In this document: in pieces, positions 28,728 through 38,771 of the stretch
Layout of the letters: every line of letters starts with the position of its first letter
How positions within the stretch are numbered: the stretch's first letter is position 1
Assembly (NCBI GenBank): GCA_029978705.1
Contig: JAPOIY010000005.1
Span: 18,618-82,617 of the forward strand
Length of the DNA stretch: 64,000 nt
From: Actinomycetota bacterium
GTDB taxonomy: Bacteria; Actinomycetota; Actinomycetes; S36-B12; GCA-2699445
Direction of reading: 5' to 3'
Notes under the pieces: model-generated
Seen by the model: only the letters and a program-made list of their open reading frames with translations
Database searches by the model: none
What the model was told of the DNA's origin: nothing
Program-made: the position numbers and the translations under genes

Positions 28728-28773
28728 CGCCGCAGGGCTCCTTCGTCTGGCGTCGTCAGAAAGGGGGCAGTCG

Positions 28774-31215
28774 TCAGTCAGGAGGCGGCGGGGATCCCAC
28801 TGCGGCGATCGGGGTGGGCAGCGGTTGCCCGGTGCCGTCCCGGCGCGGATCGGGCTCGGGCAGGTCCACGGGAGTGCCGTTGGCCGATGCCGCCCGGGCG
28901 GGGACCGGTCCGCACCAGGCGAGCAGCAGGCGGTCCTCCCCGCTGCGGAACTTGTGGCACCTGACGCCCCCGGTGCCGCGGCCCTTTCCGGGGTAGCGGT
29001 CGGCCGGGGTCACCTTGCCGGTTCCCGCGGTGGTGCCCGGCAGCGCGTCCGAGCTGCCGGCCACGGTGACGACGACCGCGTCCTTCTGGGGATCCAGCAC
29101 GCCGAAGAACGCGATCTCATCCCCGTCCGCGAGCTTCATGCCCGCCATGCCGGCCGCGCCGCGTCCCTGGGGCCGGACGTTCTTCGCCGGGAAACGCAGC
29201 AGCTGGCCCTCTCGGCTGATGAGCATGAGGTGGTGGCTGTCCTCCCGGCTCACACCTGCACCCACGACCTGGTCGCCCGGCGCCAATTTGATGATGTCGA
29301 ACTCCGCCTTGGAGGGAACGTCGTCGAGGACGATCCGCTTGACGGCGCCGCTGGCGGTCGCCAGCGCAAGGGTGTCGGTCAGACCCGCCAGGGACAGCAC
29401 GGCCACCTTCTTGGGGATGTCGCACAGCGCGCCGACCGGGGTGCCGCCGGACAGGGCGGGGGCGCTGGAGGTGTCCGCGAGCGCGGGCAGTTCCATCACC
29501 GACACCTTGCGCAGGATGCCGTCCGAACAGACCAGGCCCACCTGTCCCCGCGTCGTGGCCGGCACGGCTGCGATGAGGCAGTCGTGTTTGGCCCGGGGCC
29601 CGTCGGCGGCGGGGGGAGCGCCGGAGGGGGTGCGGGCCAGTAGGCCCGTGTTGGACAGCAGCACCCAACAGGGCGCGTCGGGGACTTCGAGCGGCTCGTC
29701 CGCCGCGGTCAGCGATTCCGCACCGTCCGACTCCAGCAGGACCGTCCGGCGGGCGTCCCCGTACTTCTTCGCGATCTCCGCCAGTTCCTCCGACACCACC
29801 CGGCGCAGCTCGTCGGGGTCGTCCAGGATCGCCGTCAAGGCGGCGATCGTCCGCTTCAGCTCGTCGGACTCCGCCTCCAGTTCGATGCGGGAGAACTTGG
29901 TCAGCCGACGCAGCGGCATCTCGAGGATGTAGTTGGTCTGCAGTTCCGTGAGGTCGAAGGCCGCCATCAGCCGGTGACGGGCCATCGCGGTGTCGTCGCT
30001 GCCGCGGATGATCGCGATGACCTCGTCGATGTCGAGGATGGCGATCAGCAGACCGGCCACCAGGTGTAGACGGTCCTCGGCCTTCCTGCGGCGGAACTCC
30101 GAACGGCGCCGGACCACCTCCAGCCGGTGATCGAGGTAGACCTGCAGCAACTCCTTCAGGCCCAGGGTCTGGGGGCGCCCATCGACCAGTGCCACGTTGT
30201 TGATCGAGAACTGCTCCTCGAGCGGGGTCAGCCGGTACAGCGTGGCCAGCACCGCCTGCGGGTTGAATCCCGACTTGACCTCGATCACCAGGCGCAGGCC
30301 GTGCTCGGCGTCGGTGAGATCGACCAGGTTGCTGATCCCCTGCAGTTTCTTGGCGACCACCAGGTCCTTGATCCGCTCGATGACGCGTTCCGGGCCGATG
30401 GAATACGGCAGGGACGTGACGACGATGCCTTGCCGACGCGGGCTGACCTGCTCGATGCGGGTCGTGGCCCTCATCCGGAACGCGCCTTTGCCCGTCTCGT
30501 AGGCCTGCCGGATCCCGTCCAGCCCCACGATCATGCCGCCCGTCGGCAGGTCCGGGCCCGGCACGAACCTGATCAGACTGTCCACGCGGGCGTTCGGGTG
30601 CTTGAGGAGGTGGCGCGCCGCCGCCACCACCTCGGCCAGGTTGTGGGGAGCCATGTTCGTGGCCATGCCCACCGCGATCCCCGAGGCCCCGTTGACCAGG
30701 AGGTTGGGCAGTGCTGCCGGCAGGACGGCCGGCTCCTCCTCGCGGCCGTCGTAGTTCGGTTCGAAGTCGACGGTGTCCTCGTCCAGCGACGCCGTCATGT
30801 CGAGGGCCGGGTGGTCCAAGCGGCACTCGGTGTACCGCATCGCCGCGGGCCCGTCGTCGGGGGAGCCGAAGTTGCCGTGCCCGTCGATCATCGGCAGGCG
30901 GAGACTGAACGGCTGGGCCATGCGTACGAGAGCGTCGTAGATGGCGCCGTCCCCGTGCGGATGCAGACGCCCCATCACCTCGCCGACGACGCGGGCACTC
31001 TTGACGTGGCCGCGGTCGGGGCGCAGCCCCATCTGCGCCATCTGGAACAGGATGCGCCGTTGCACGGGTTTCAGGCCGTCCCGCGCGTCGGGCAGGGCGC
31101 GGGAGTAGATGACCGAGTACGCGTACTCCAGGAAGGAGTCCTGCATCTCGGACGTGACGTCGACATCGATGATCGACTCACCGGGCGGGGAGGCGTCCTT
31201 GCGTGGACGGGCCAT
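28774..31215 (-). CDS. parC: DNA topoisomerase IV subunit A (type IIA topoisomerase A subunit)
   Basis: ORF trimmed to MARPRKD (ATG 31215, SD GAGGAGGA). Motifs [35 protein letters not shown] and active-site AAMRYTE. Confidence 0.88.
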   Translation of the reverse strand: MARPRKDASPPGESIIDVDVTSEMQDSFLEYAYSVIYSRALPDARDGLKPVQRRILFQMAQMGLRPDRGHVKSARVVGEVMGRLHPHGDGAIYDALVRMAQPFSLRLPMIDGHGNFGSPDDGPAAMRYTECRLDHPALDMTASLDEDTVDFEPNYDGREEEPAVLPAALPNLLVNGASGIAVGMATNMAPHNLAEVVAAARHLLKHPNARVDSLIRFVPGPDLPTGGMIVGLDGIRQAYETGKGAFRMRATTRIEQVSPRRQGIVVTSLPYSIGPERVIERIKDLVVAKKLQGISNLVDLTDAEHGLRLVIEVKSGFNPQAVLATLYRLTPLEEQFSINNVALVDGRPQTLGLKELLQVYLDHRLEVVRRRSEFRRRKAEDRLHLVAGLLIAILDIDEVIAIIRGSDDTAMARHRLMAAFDLTELQTNYILEMPLRRLTKFSRIELEAESDELKRTIAALTAILDDPDELRRVVSEELAEIAKKYGDARRTVLLESDGAESLTAADEPLEVPDAPCWVLLSNTGLLARTPSGAPPAADGPRAKHDCLIAAVPATTRGQVGLVCSDGILRKVSVMELPALADTSSAPALSGGTPVGALCDIPKKVAVLSLAGLTDTLALATASGAVKRIVLDDVPSKAEFDIIKLAPGDQVVGAGVSREDSHHLMLISREGQLLRFPAKNVRPQGRGAAGMAGMKLADGDEIAFFGVLDPQKDAVVVTVAGSSDALPGTTAGTGKVTPADRYPGKGRGTGGVRCHKFRSGEDRLLLAWCGPVPARAASANGTPVDLPEPDPRRDGTGQPLPTPIAAVGSPPPPD

Positions 31216-31284
31216 GCTTCCTCCTCGCTGCCGGGCAGGTACAGGGTAGGCACCGGGCCCTGGGCAACCGCGCGACACCCTCGC

Positions 31285-31290
31285 TAGCGT
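31285..31290 (+). promoter_or_regulatory. -10 box (TAGCGT), leaderless acetyltransferase gene
   Basis: 6 nt upstream of GTG 31297. Confidence 0.4.
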
Positions 31291-31296
31291 GTCGTC

Positions 31297-33984
31297 GTGA
31301 CCGAGGAGATCGAGGGATACCCGTATCAGTGGGAGGCCGATGCGGTCCTGAGCGACGGCAGCGTCGTCCATCTGCGCCCCATCACCCCCGCCGACGCCGA
31401 CCGGCTGCGGGAATTCCACTCCCGGTTGTCCCCCGAGACCGTCTACTACCGCTTCTTCGCCCCGTACCCGGAACTGACGGACAAGGACGTGACGCGCTTC
31501 ACGACCGTCGACTACGTGGACCGCGTGGCGCTGGTGGCCACGGTTGCGGGGGAGATCGTGGGGGTCGGGCGCTACGACCGCATCAATGACACCGATGCGG
31601 AGATCGCGTTCACCGTCCGCGACGACTACCAGGGCCGCGGGCTCGGCTCCGTGCTGCTGGAGCACCTGGCGGTGGCAGCCCGGGAGCGTGGGCTACGCCG
31701 GTTCGTCGCCGACGTGCTGCCCCAGAACCGCCGCATGACTGCCACGTTCTCGCATGCCGGCTACCGGGTGGCGCAGGAACTCGAGGACGGGGTGGTGAAG
31801 CTCGCCTTCGAGATCGAACCCACCGAGCCGGTGCGGTCGGTCATGCAGGCCCGCGAGCAGCGGGCCGAGGCCCGCTCGATGGAACGGTTCCTGCAGCCGC
31901 GGTCCGTGGCCGTGGTGGGCGCGTCGCGCCGCACCGAGTCGCTCGGCAACATCGTCGTCCGGCTGCTGCGCGAGGGAGACTTCACCGGCCGCATCCTCCC
32001 GATCCATCCGGAGGCGGACACGGTCGCCGGACTGACCGCCTATCCGACGGTGAGCGCGGCTCCCGGCCCCGTGGACCTAGTGCTCGTGGCCGTCCCCGTG
32101 GACGCCGTCCCCGACGTGGTGGACGACAGCGCGCAGGCGGGCGTGCATGCCCTGCTGGTCATTTCCGCCGGCTTCTCCGACGCGGGCCCGTCCGGTGCCG
32201 AGAAGGAGCGGGACCTGGTCGCCTCGATCCGGGAACACGGTATGCGTCTCATCGGCCCCAGTTCCCTCGGGGTGATCAACACCGACCCGCGGTACCGACT
32301 GCAGGCGGCGGTGGCCAAGTCCGTGCCGCCGCGGGGACGTGTCGCCCTGTTCGGGCAGAGCGCGCCGATGTGCCTGGCCGCGCTGGACCGCATGGCGCTC
32401 CGCCACCTCGGCGTCTCGACGTTCGTGTCCGCCGGCAACCGGGCGGACGTGGCGGGCCATGAGTTGCTCCAGTACTGGCGGGAGGACGCGCAGACGACGG
32501 TGATCCTGCAGTACTTGGAGAGCATGGCCAACCCCAGCAAGTTCATCCGCATCGCCCGGTCGGTGACGCGGCACAAACCGATCGTCGTGGTGCGTTCGGG
32601 GCGCACCAGCCGGTCCTTCCCGCTCGGTGCCCGGCCACGGCGCACGACCATCCCCCCCGGTGGGGTGGACCAGCTCATCCGCAACGCCGGCATCATCGAG
32701 ACCGCGTCGTTGGGCCAGTTGATCGACGTCGGGTCGATGCTGGCGTGCCAGCCGCTGCCTCCGGGACGCCGTGTCGCGGTCATCGGGGACAGTTACGAAT
32801 TGGTCGCCCTGGCAGCCGACACGTGTGTCACCGCCGGCCTGGAGGTGTCCAGTCAGGAGGTCGTGCACCCCCGCAGCGTGGACCGGGGACTGGCTGCCGT
32901 GCTGGCCGAGACGGCGGCATCCGGGGAGTCCGACGCGCTGATCGTCGTACATGTCCCGCTCGCCGGCTCGGACGACCGCGAGGTGCGGGAGACGCTGTTG
33001 GCTGCCGCCGAGGACGCCACCGTGCCCCTTCTCGCGGTGCTGCACGCCCCCGACGGCAACAACTCGCTCATCCCCGCGCTCGGGTCGGGGACATCGGCGC
33101 AGCACGGGTCGGTGCCCTACTTCGGCACGGTCGAGGAGGCCGTGACGTGCCTGCGTCTCGTCGTCGACTACTCCGCCTGGTGTCGCCGGCCGCCCGGAGA
33201 CATCCCGGAGTTCCCGGACGTGGATGGCGAGTCGGCCCGCACGATCGTGGCTGATGTGCTCGGCCGCGCCCCCCTGAACGATCCCGGCGACCGGGTCACG
33301 GTGCCCCTGGTCGGCAGCAGCCTGTGCGACCTCCTGGCGTGTTACGGGATCGCGCTGTGGCCCGAGATCGCCGCCCCGACGGAGGACGAGGCCGTGGCCG
33401 CCGCCGACGAGTTGGGCTGGCCCGTCGCGCTCAAGACGACCGACCCGCGCATGAGTCGACGGGGCGAGTTCTCCGGGGTGCGGCTGAACCTCGAGAACGA
33501 AGCCGCCCTGCGCTCGGCCTACCTGTCCCTGTCCGCCACCCTGGATGCGGACGCCCGGTCGCAGTTGGTGGTGCAGCACATGGCGCCGCCGGGGGTCCAG
33601 GTGACGGTGCGGTCCCAGGAGGACCCGCTCTTCGGGCCGGTGGTGTCGTTCGGGCTGGGGGGCTCCATTGCCGAACTCCTCGGCGACCGGGCCTACCAGG
33701 TGCCGCCCGTCAGCGACGCCGACGCGGGCCGGCTGATCCGGGGTCCCGCCGCGTCGGGGATCCTCTTCGGGTACGGCGGCCGCCGAGCGGCGGACGTGAC
33801 GGCGCTGGAGGAGCTCGTCGTGCGCGTGGGACGCCTGAGCGACGAGGTGCCTCAGCTGGCACAGCTCGACCTGAACCCCGTCATCGTCGGGGAGCGGGGG
33901 GTCGCGGTGCTGTCCGCGTCCGGCTGGTTGCGTCACCCCGACGCCCGCGGCGATCTCGAGGCCCGTCGCCTGACGGCGATGTAG
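31297..33984 (+). CDS. bifunctional GNAT acetyltransferase / NDP-forming acyl-CoA synthetase-like protein (Pat-type protein lysine acetyltransferase)
   Basis: 895 aa. N-terminal GNAT ([13 protein letters not shown]), then a CoA-binding/succinyl-CoA-synthetase-like region and an ATP-grasp domain. Confidence 0.85.
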   Translation: MTEEIEGYPYQWEADAVLSDGSVVHLRPITPADADRLREFHSRLSPETVYYRFFAPYPELTDKDVTRFTTVDYVDRVALVATVAGEIVGVGRYDRINDTDAEIAFTVRDDYQGRGLGSVLLEHLAVAARERGLRRFVADVLPQNRRMTATFSHAGYRVAQELEDGVVKLAFEIEPTEPVRSVMQAREQRAEARSMERFLQPRSVAVVGASRRTESLGNIVVRLLREGDFTGRILPIHPEADTVAGLTAYPTVSAAPGPVDLVLVAVPVDAVPDVVDDSAQAGVHALLVISAGFSDAGPSGAEKERDLVASIREHGMRLIGPSSLGVINTDPRYRLQAAVAKSVPPRGRVALFGQSAPMCLAALDRMALRHLGVSTFVSAGNRADVAGHELLQYWREDAQTTVILQYLESMANPSKFIRIARSVTRHKPIVVVRSGRTSRSFPLGARPRRTTIPPGGVDQLIRNAGIIETASLGQLIDVGSMLACQPLPPGRRVAVIGDSYELVALAADTCVTAGLEVSSQEVVHPRSVDRGLAAVLAETAASGESDALIVVHVPLAGSDDREVRETLLAAAEDATVPLLAVLHAPDGNNSLIPALGSGTSAQHGSVPYFGTVEEAVTCLRLVVDYSAWCRRPPGDIPEFPDVDGESARTIVADVLGRAPLNDPGDRVTVPLVGSSLCDLLACYGIALWPEIAAPTEDEAVAAADELGWPVALKTTDPRMSRRGEFSGVRLNLENEAALRSAYLSLSATLDADARSQLVVQHMAPPGVQVTVRSQEDPLFGPVVSFGLGGSIAELLGDRAYQVPPVSDADAGRLIRGPAASGILFGYGGRRAADVTALEELVVRVGRLSDEVPQLAQLDLNPVIVGERGVAVLSASGWLRHPDARGDLEARRLTAM

Positions 33985-34016
33985 CGGCTGTGACCGACAT
34001 CGGCGGGGGAGCGGGC

Positions 34017-34022
34017 GATAAT
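34017..34022 (+). promoter_or_regulatory. -10 box (GATAAT), leaderless DUF5998 gene
   Basis: 6 nt upstream of ATG 34029. Confidence 0.4.
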
Positions 34023-34028
34023 GGGGGC

Positions 34029-34616
34029 ATGAACGGTAGTCCCCGAGTGAGGGAGTCCCTGCGGCGCGACATCGAACGGTCCGGCTACTACCCGGCACTG
34101 GTCGACGACTCGCTGTCCACCGCTCTGGGCAGCGAGGATCTGCTCGACTTCGTCGTCCACCATGAGGCGACGTTCGACCGCGATGAGTTGCGCCGCCATG
34201 CGACCGTGCTTGCGCTGACGCCATCCCGGCTGATCATGCAGCACACCGACGAACATCCCGCCGACGAGACCTACCAGGCCCCCTATGCCACGTCCGTCAC
34301 GGAGGCCGTGCGACTGGCGGCGGTCGACTCGGTGGTCGTGACCCGCGTGGTTCCCCACCCCGAGCGCTACCAGCCGACCGGGGCGTCCGCGGAGGTGGTC
34401 CTCACCATCGGGTGGGGTGCCGTGCAGCGGCTCGAGTTGGAGCCCGCCACCTGCGGCGACCCCCAGTGCGACGCCGACCACGGCTACTCGGGCACGGCCA
34501 CCGCCGACGACCTGGCCCTGCGGTTCTCCGCGGCGGCGGACGGCGACCAGGTGGTGGGGCAGGCCCTGGCGTTCGCGGAGTCCCTGTCCCGGGCCACCGG
34601 CTCGGCGGCGCCCTAG
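34029..34616 (+). CDS. DUF5998 family protein
   Basis: 195 aa, trimmed from ORF 33324..34616 to ATG 34029, 6 nt after GATAAT. TAGTG overlap with the downstream gene. Confidence 0.7.
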   Translation: MNGSPRVRESLRRDIERSGYYPALVDDSLSTALGSEDLLDFVVHHEATFDRDELRRHATVLALTPSRLIMQHTDEHPADETYQAPYATSVTEAVRLAAVDSVVVTRVVPHPERYQPTGASAEVVLTIGWGAVQRLELEPATCGDPQCDADHGYSGTATADDLALRFSAAADGDQVVGQALAFAESLSRATGSAAP

Positions 34617-35707
34617 TGGAACCGCGCTACGGCGGCGGCAGCATCGCCGATGTCGTGGGCTCGGTGTGCGACGGGCTGGCCGTGCCGGGCGCGTGGGACC
34701 TGCTGGACCTCGGTCCCGGAGACCGCTCCGTCATCCTGCTCATCGACGGCCTCGGCCACCGGCAGTTGGCTGACCACGCCGACCTGGCGCCCTTTCTCAC
34801 CTGCCAGCAGCGCAGTGTCCTGACGTCCGTCACCCCCAGTACCACCCCCGTGGCCCTCACCTCGCTGGGCACGGGCCTGCCGCCCGGGCAGCATGGGCTC
34901 GTCGGAGCCTCGTTCCGCCTGCCCGAGACCGGGAGGCTGCTGTGGCCGCTGTCGTGGAAGGACGACCCGCCGGTCGCCCAGGTGCAGCCGGAGTCCACGT
35001 GGTGGCAGCGCGCCGATCGCGCCGGGGTGGCGGTAACCATCGTCAGCCCCCGCGCCTACCGCACCGGGGGCCTCACCCGCGCCGCCCTCGGAGGCGGCGC
35101 CTACCAAGGAGCGGACGGCCCCGGGGAACGGGTGGCCGACACGGCCGCCGCCGCCGGGCGGGGGGAGCGGGCGCTGGTCTACAGCTACTGGGAGCACCTC
35201 GACCGCGCCGCCCACATGTACGGCGTGGACTCGCCGCAGTACCGCGCCGAGCTCGTGGCCGCCGACCGGCATGCCGAGCAGGTGGCGGCCGCCCTGCCGC
35301 CCGGCAGCCGCCTGCTCGTCACCTCCGACCACGGGCTGGTCGACTGCCCCGACGTCGTCGACCTCGAACAGCTCCCCCCGCTGTGGCAGGACGTCCAGGC
35401 GGTGGCCGGCGAGCCGCGTTTCCGGCACATCTACCCGGCCCCCGGGAGTGCGGCCGCCGTGGCTCAGCGGTGGCGCGAGACGCTGGGGGACGCGGCGAGC
35501 GTGGTGGTGCGCGACGAAGCCATCGCCGACGGATGGTTCGGGGAGGTCGCCGCCGATGTCCGCGACCGGATTGGGGACGTGATCGCCGTGGCGCGGGACA
35601 GCGCGCGCTTCGCCCTGCCGAACCAGGACGCCGCCGCGTCCTCCCTCATCGGGCAACACGGGGCGATGAGCGCTGCCGAGATGGAAGTGCCGCTGATCGT
35701 CGCCTGA
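34616..35707 (+). CDS. alkaline-phosphatase superfamily protein (type I phosphodiesterase/nucleotide pyrophosphatase-like)
   Basis: 363 aa from GTG 34616. Motifs LLIDGLG, PSTTPVALTSLGTGLPPGQHG (Thr nucleophile region) and TSDHG. Confidence 0.8.
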   Translation: MEPRYGGGSIADVVGSVCDGLAVPGAWDLLDLGPGDRSVILLIDGLGHRQLADHADLAPFLTCQQRSVLTSVTPSTTPVALTSLGTGLPPGQHGLVGASFRLPETGRLLWPLSWKDDPPVAQVQPESTWWQRADRAGVAVTIVSPRAYRTGGLTRAALGGGAYQGADGPGERVADTAAAAGRGERALVYSYWEHLDRAAHMYGVDSPQYRAELVAADRHAEQVAAALPPGSRLLVTSDHGLVDCPDVVDLEQLPPLWQDVQAVAGEPRFRHIYPAPGSAAAVAQRWRETLGDAASVVVRDEAIADGWFGEVAADVRDRIGDVIAVARDSARFALPNQDAAASSLIGQHGAMSAAEMEVPLIVA

Positions 35708-35709
35708 CG

Positions 35710-36486
35710 TCAGCGGTCGTCGCGCGGCGAGCCGAACAGCACGTCGTCCCAGCGGGGGGCGCTGGACTCGGCGGGCTCGACCGGGGCCGCACCGGGGGCC
35801 TCCGGGCGCGGCGCGGCGGGGGCCTGATGCTGGCGGCGACCGGCGGGATGGTTGCCGGCGTACTCGGGCCGGCCGGACTGTGGTTCGTCGTCGTCCGGGG
35901 CGTGCAGCAGACGGGGCCGGGACTCGGATTCCGGCAGCCCCTGCTCCATGAACCAGCGCGCCTCGTCGTCCTCGGCGGCCAACGAGCCGGCCTCGCTGTC
36001 GAAGGACCAGGTCGCCACGCGGTCCCCCTGGCCCGCCGGGTAGGCCAGCAGCACGGTCCACAGGCCGTCCTCACGCCGCCACGAGTCCCAGCGCAGCCGG
36101 TCCTCGTCGATCCCCCGTTCGGCCAGCCGCCGAACCACCACGTCACCGAGGATCGGGTCCTCCTCGCCGCGGCCGACCGGGCACTGCTGCGCGCGCTCGG
36201 CGATCCAGCCGCGCTCCTGCAGGATGGGCGCGGCGAACGCCTCCACGCGGGTCACTTCCCAGCCGGAGAACTCCGCGACCTCCGTCGGGGTGGCGCCGGC
36301 CCGCAGCTTCGACTGGATGTCGCGGGCCGTCACCGGAGTGTCCGACACGTCCATGTGGGTGCGGCCGCCCCGCGTGGCCGACCGCAGCCGCTCGTCGATG
36401 GGCAGGCGGTACCGGCTGCCGTCGCCGCCGGACAGGATCAGGGCGGAACCGTCGTCGGACAGCCCCACGAACGTCAGAGTGGTCAT
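35710..36486 (-). CDS. sepH: septation protein SepH (DUF3071)
   Basis: 258 aa. N-terminal MTTLTFVGLSDDGSALIL...RYRLPIDERL. Disordered Arg/Pro-rich C-terminus. SD GAGGAAA. Confidence 0.8.
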   Translation of the reverse strand: MTTLTFVGLSDDGSALILSGGDGSRYRLPIDERLRSATRGGRTHMDVSDTPVTARDIQSKLRAGATPTEVAEFSGWEVTRVEAFAAPILQERGWIAERAQQCPVGRGEEDPILGDVVVRRLAERGIDEDRLRWDSWRREDGLWTVLLAYPAGQGDRVATWSFDSEAGSLAAEDDEARWFMEQGLPESESRPRLLHAPDDDEPQSGRPEYAGNHPAGRRQHQAPAAPRPEAPGAAPVEPAESSAPRWDDVLFGSPRDDR

Positions 36487-36517
36487 CGGTTTCCTCGCAT
36501 GAGAACGTGCGACCAGC

Positions 36518-37726
36518 CTAAGGGGTCGCGGCCCCGGAGCCGGCCAGGCTGCGCCGCAGCAGGGGCGCGCCCACGAGTGCGAGGGCCGCCGTCACCGCCG
36601 CCCCGGCCAGTACCACCCAGTACCCCGTCGGCGCCCCCACGGTGTCGATCAGCCAGCCCGCGAAGGGGGCGCCGACGGCCAGCCCGACAGCGATCCCCGA
36701 GGTGGCAACCGTGAGCGCCTCTGTCAGGCGCTGCGACGGCACCAGCAGTTCGACCATGGCCACCGCCATGATCAGCAGCGGGGACACCGCCATGCCGGCC
36801 AGGAGGGCGGCGACCGCCAGCATTCCCAGGCTCGTCACGAACGGCAGCGGGGCGCACACGATCACGAGGACGAGACCTGCGGCCGCGAACTGGGTGGGCA
36901 GCGGCCACGGCAGGTGCCGGGCACCGTACAGCAGCCCCGCCGCGAGACTGGCCACGGCGTACAGGGCCAGGATGAGACCCGTCATCTCCTCGTGGCCGAG
37001 GGAGCGCGTCGTGGCAACGGTGGTCACCTCGAAGGCCCCGAAGACCGCTCCCATCGCACCCATGGCGGCCACCACCAGGACGAAGGGCCGGCTGCGGAAC
37101 CGGGGTGCGGGTCCCGCAGCGGCGGACCCATGGGGCCGCGGCTGGGTGCCCCGCTGCGCTGCCAGCCACAGGACACCCACGGCCAGCAGCAGCACGCAGG
37201 CCCCCAGGGCGGCCGGCTCGGACACCGACAACGCGATGGTGGTGACCAGTGGGGGTCCCACGACGAACACGACCTCGTCAACCACCCCCTCGATCGCGAA
37301 TGCAGCCCGCAGTCCCGGCTGCCCCGCCAGCAGCGCCGCCCACCGTGCCCTCACCAGGGACCCCACATTCGGCGCGGCGCCGCCCGCGAGCACGAGCGCC
37401 GCTGCCACCGCTACCGGGGCGGCGCCTGCGACGGTGAGGCCCACGAACAGCAGCAGTCCCACGATCTCCAGGCCCAGCAGCACCGGCACGGTCCGCGACT
37501 GTCCGCGGCGGTCCGACCACCGAGCTCCGAAGGGACCGATGAAGGCCGCCGCCAAGGCGAACACCGCCGACAGGCCCCCCGCCACCGCGTAGTCGGCGCC
37601 CCGGGAGGTCATGAGCAGGACGATCCCCAGCGGGATCATGCTGATGGGCAGTCGCCCCACGAAACCGGCGGTCACGAACGCCGGCGCGCCGGGGCGCCGC
37701 AGGACAGCGGTGTAGGAATGGTCCAT
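36518..37726 (-). CDS. MFS transporter
   Basis: 402 aa, about 12 TM segments. GRLPISM and DRRGQSR loop motifs. Confidence 0.8.
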   Translation of the reverse strand: MDHSYTAVLRRPGAPAFVTAGFVGRLPISMIPLGIVLLMTSRGADYAVAGGLSAVFALAAAFIGPFGARWSDRRGQSRTVPVLLGLEIVGLLLFVGLTVAGAAPVAVAAALVLAGGAAPNVGSLVRARWAALLAGQPGLRAAFAIEGVVDEVVFVVGPPLVTTIALSVSEPAALGACVLLLAVGVLWLAAQRGTQPRPHGSAAAGPAPRFRSRPFVLVVAAMGAMGAVFGAFEVTTVATTRSLGHEEMTGLILALYAVASLAAGLLYGARHLPWPLPTQFAAAGLVLVIVCAPLPFVTSLGMLAVAALLAGMAVSPLLIMAVAMVELLVPSQRLTEALTVATSGIAVGLAVGAPFAGWLIDTVGAPTGYWVVLAGAAVTAALALVGAPLLRRSLAGSGAATP

Positions 37727-37768
37727 CGCGATCCGAGCCTATGCGGGGCGCCGACCCGGGATCGGCAC

Positions 37769-37774
37769 TAGCGT
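37769..37774 (+). promoter_or_regulatory. -10 box (TAGCGT), leaderless hemH
   Basis: 7 nt upstream of ATG 37782. Confidence 0.4.
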
Positions 37775-37781
37775 GGCGGGG

Positions 37782-38771
37782 ATGCGCCCAGACGATGTCG
37801 ACGCCCTGGTGGTCATGTCCTTCGGCGGCCCGGAGGACATGGACGAGGTCATGCCGTTCCTGCGGCACGTGACCGCCGGCCGCGGCATCCCCGACGAACG
37901 GTTGGCGGCTGTGGCCGAGCAGTACCGGGCCTTCGCCGGGGTGTCCCCGCTCAACGGGAACAACCGGGACCTGGTGGCCCGCCTGCGCGAGGAGGCGCCG
38001 GCGGAATGGCTGGGGGAGCGCGTCTACCTCGTCAACCGCAACTCCGAACCCTTCCCCGAGTCCGCGTTCGCCACCATGCGCGCCGCGGGTATCAGCCGGG
38101 TCGCGGCGTTCGTCACGAGCGCCTTCTCCTCCTACTCGGGCTGTCGGCAGTACCGCGAGAACCTTGCCGTCGGCGCTGAGTCCGCCGGGATCGAGGTGGG
38201 GGTCCTCCCCCGTTTCCACGACCATCCCCTGCTGGTCGACATCTGGGCCGACCGGTTGCGGGAGGCGGACCCCGGCCCGGGGGACCGCGTCATCTTCGTC
38301 ACCCACTCGCTGCCCGTCAGCCAGTCCCTGGGGGTCGTGCCCGGTGTCACGGGCTACCTGCCGCAGCACGAGGAGCTGGCCGCCCGCATCGTGGAGCGCG
38401 TCACGGCCGCGACGGGTACGCCCCTCGACTGGACGTTGGCTTTCCAGTCCCGCTCGGGGCCCCCGACGCAGCCGTGGCTGGAGCCCGACATCTCCGACGT
38501 CATCGCCGCGGCCTCCGGGCGGCGCCGGGTCATCGTGCTGCCCATCGGGTTCTGCGCGGACAACCTCGAGATCCGGTGGGATCTCGACACGGTGGCGGCG
38601 CAGACCGCCGCCGAGCACGGGTTGGAGATGCTGCGCCTCGATCCGCCCCAGTCGGACCCGCGGTTCGTCGATCTCGTGTGGGAGTTGTTCCGCAGCGCCA
38701 GCGGGGTGTCCTGTCAGGCCGCCTGCTGCCCCAATCCCCGCGGGGACCGGCCGGCGGTGGGGCAGGCATGA
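37782..38771 (+). CDS. hemH: (coproporphyrin) ferrochelatase with C-terminal Cys cluster
   Basis: Motifs VVMSFGGPE, SSYSGCRQY and FVTHSLP. C-terminal CQAACCP is consistent with [2Fe-2S] actinobacterial enzymes. ATG 37782 preferred because GTG 37773 lies inside the TAGCGT -10 box. Confidence 0.9.
   Translation: MRPDDVDALVVMSFGGPEDMDEVMPFLRHVTAGRGIPDERLAAVAEQYRAFAGVSPLNGNNRDLVARLREEAPAEWLGERVYLVNRNSEPFPESAFATMRAAGISRVAAFVTSAFSSYSGCRQYRENLAVGAESAGIEVGVLPRFHDHPLLVDIWADRLREADPGPGDRVIFVTHSLPVSQSLGVVPGVTGYLPQHEELAARIVERVTAATGTPLDWTLAFQSRSGPPTQPWLEPDISDVIAAASGRRRVIVLPIGFCADNLEIRWDLDTVAAQTAAEHGLEMLRLDPPQSDPRFVDLVWELFRSASGVSCQAACCPNPRGDRPAVGQA

Noticed and set aside
28725-28774. Possible terminator hairpin GACGCC...GGCGTC between the AttH-like gene and parC.
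   Set aside because: It has only a 6-bp stem with a 17-nt loop and no T-run. That is too weak to call without 3'-end data.
28774-31665. N-terminal extensions offered by the ORF track. Examples: parC to 31665, parE from 20343, amidase to 20128, smc from 11107, hemE from 60248, YceD from 8156, and the PRX-like gene to 26793.
   Set aside because: The extensions are Arg/Gly/Pro-rich, overlap neighbouring genes or promoters, and lack homology-like sequence. Internal starts have SD sequences, -10 boxes or stop/start overlaps, and give canonical protein N-termini.
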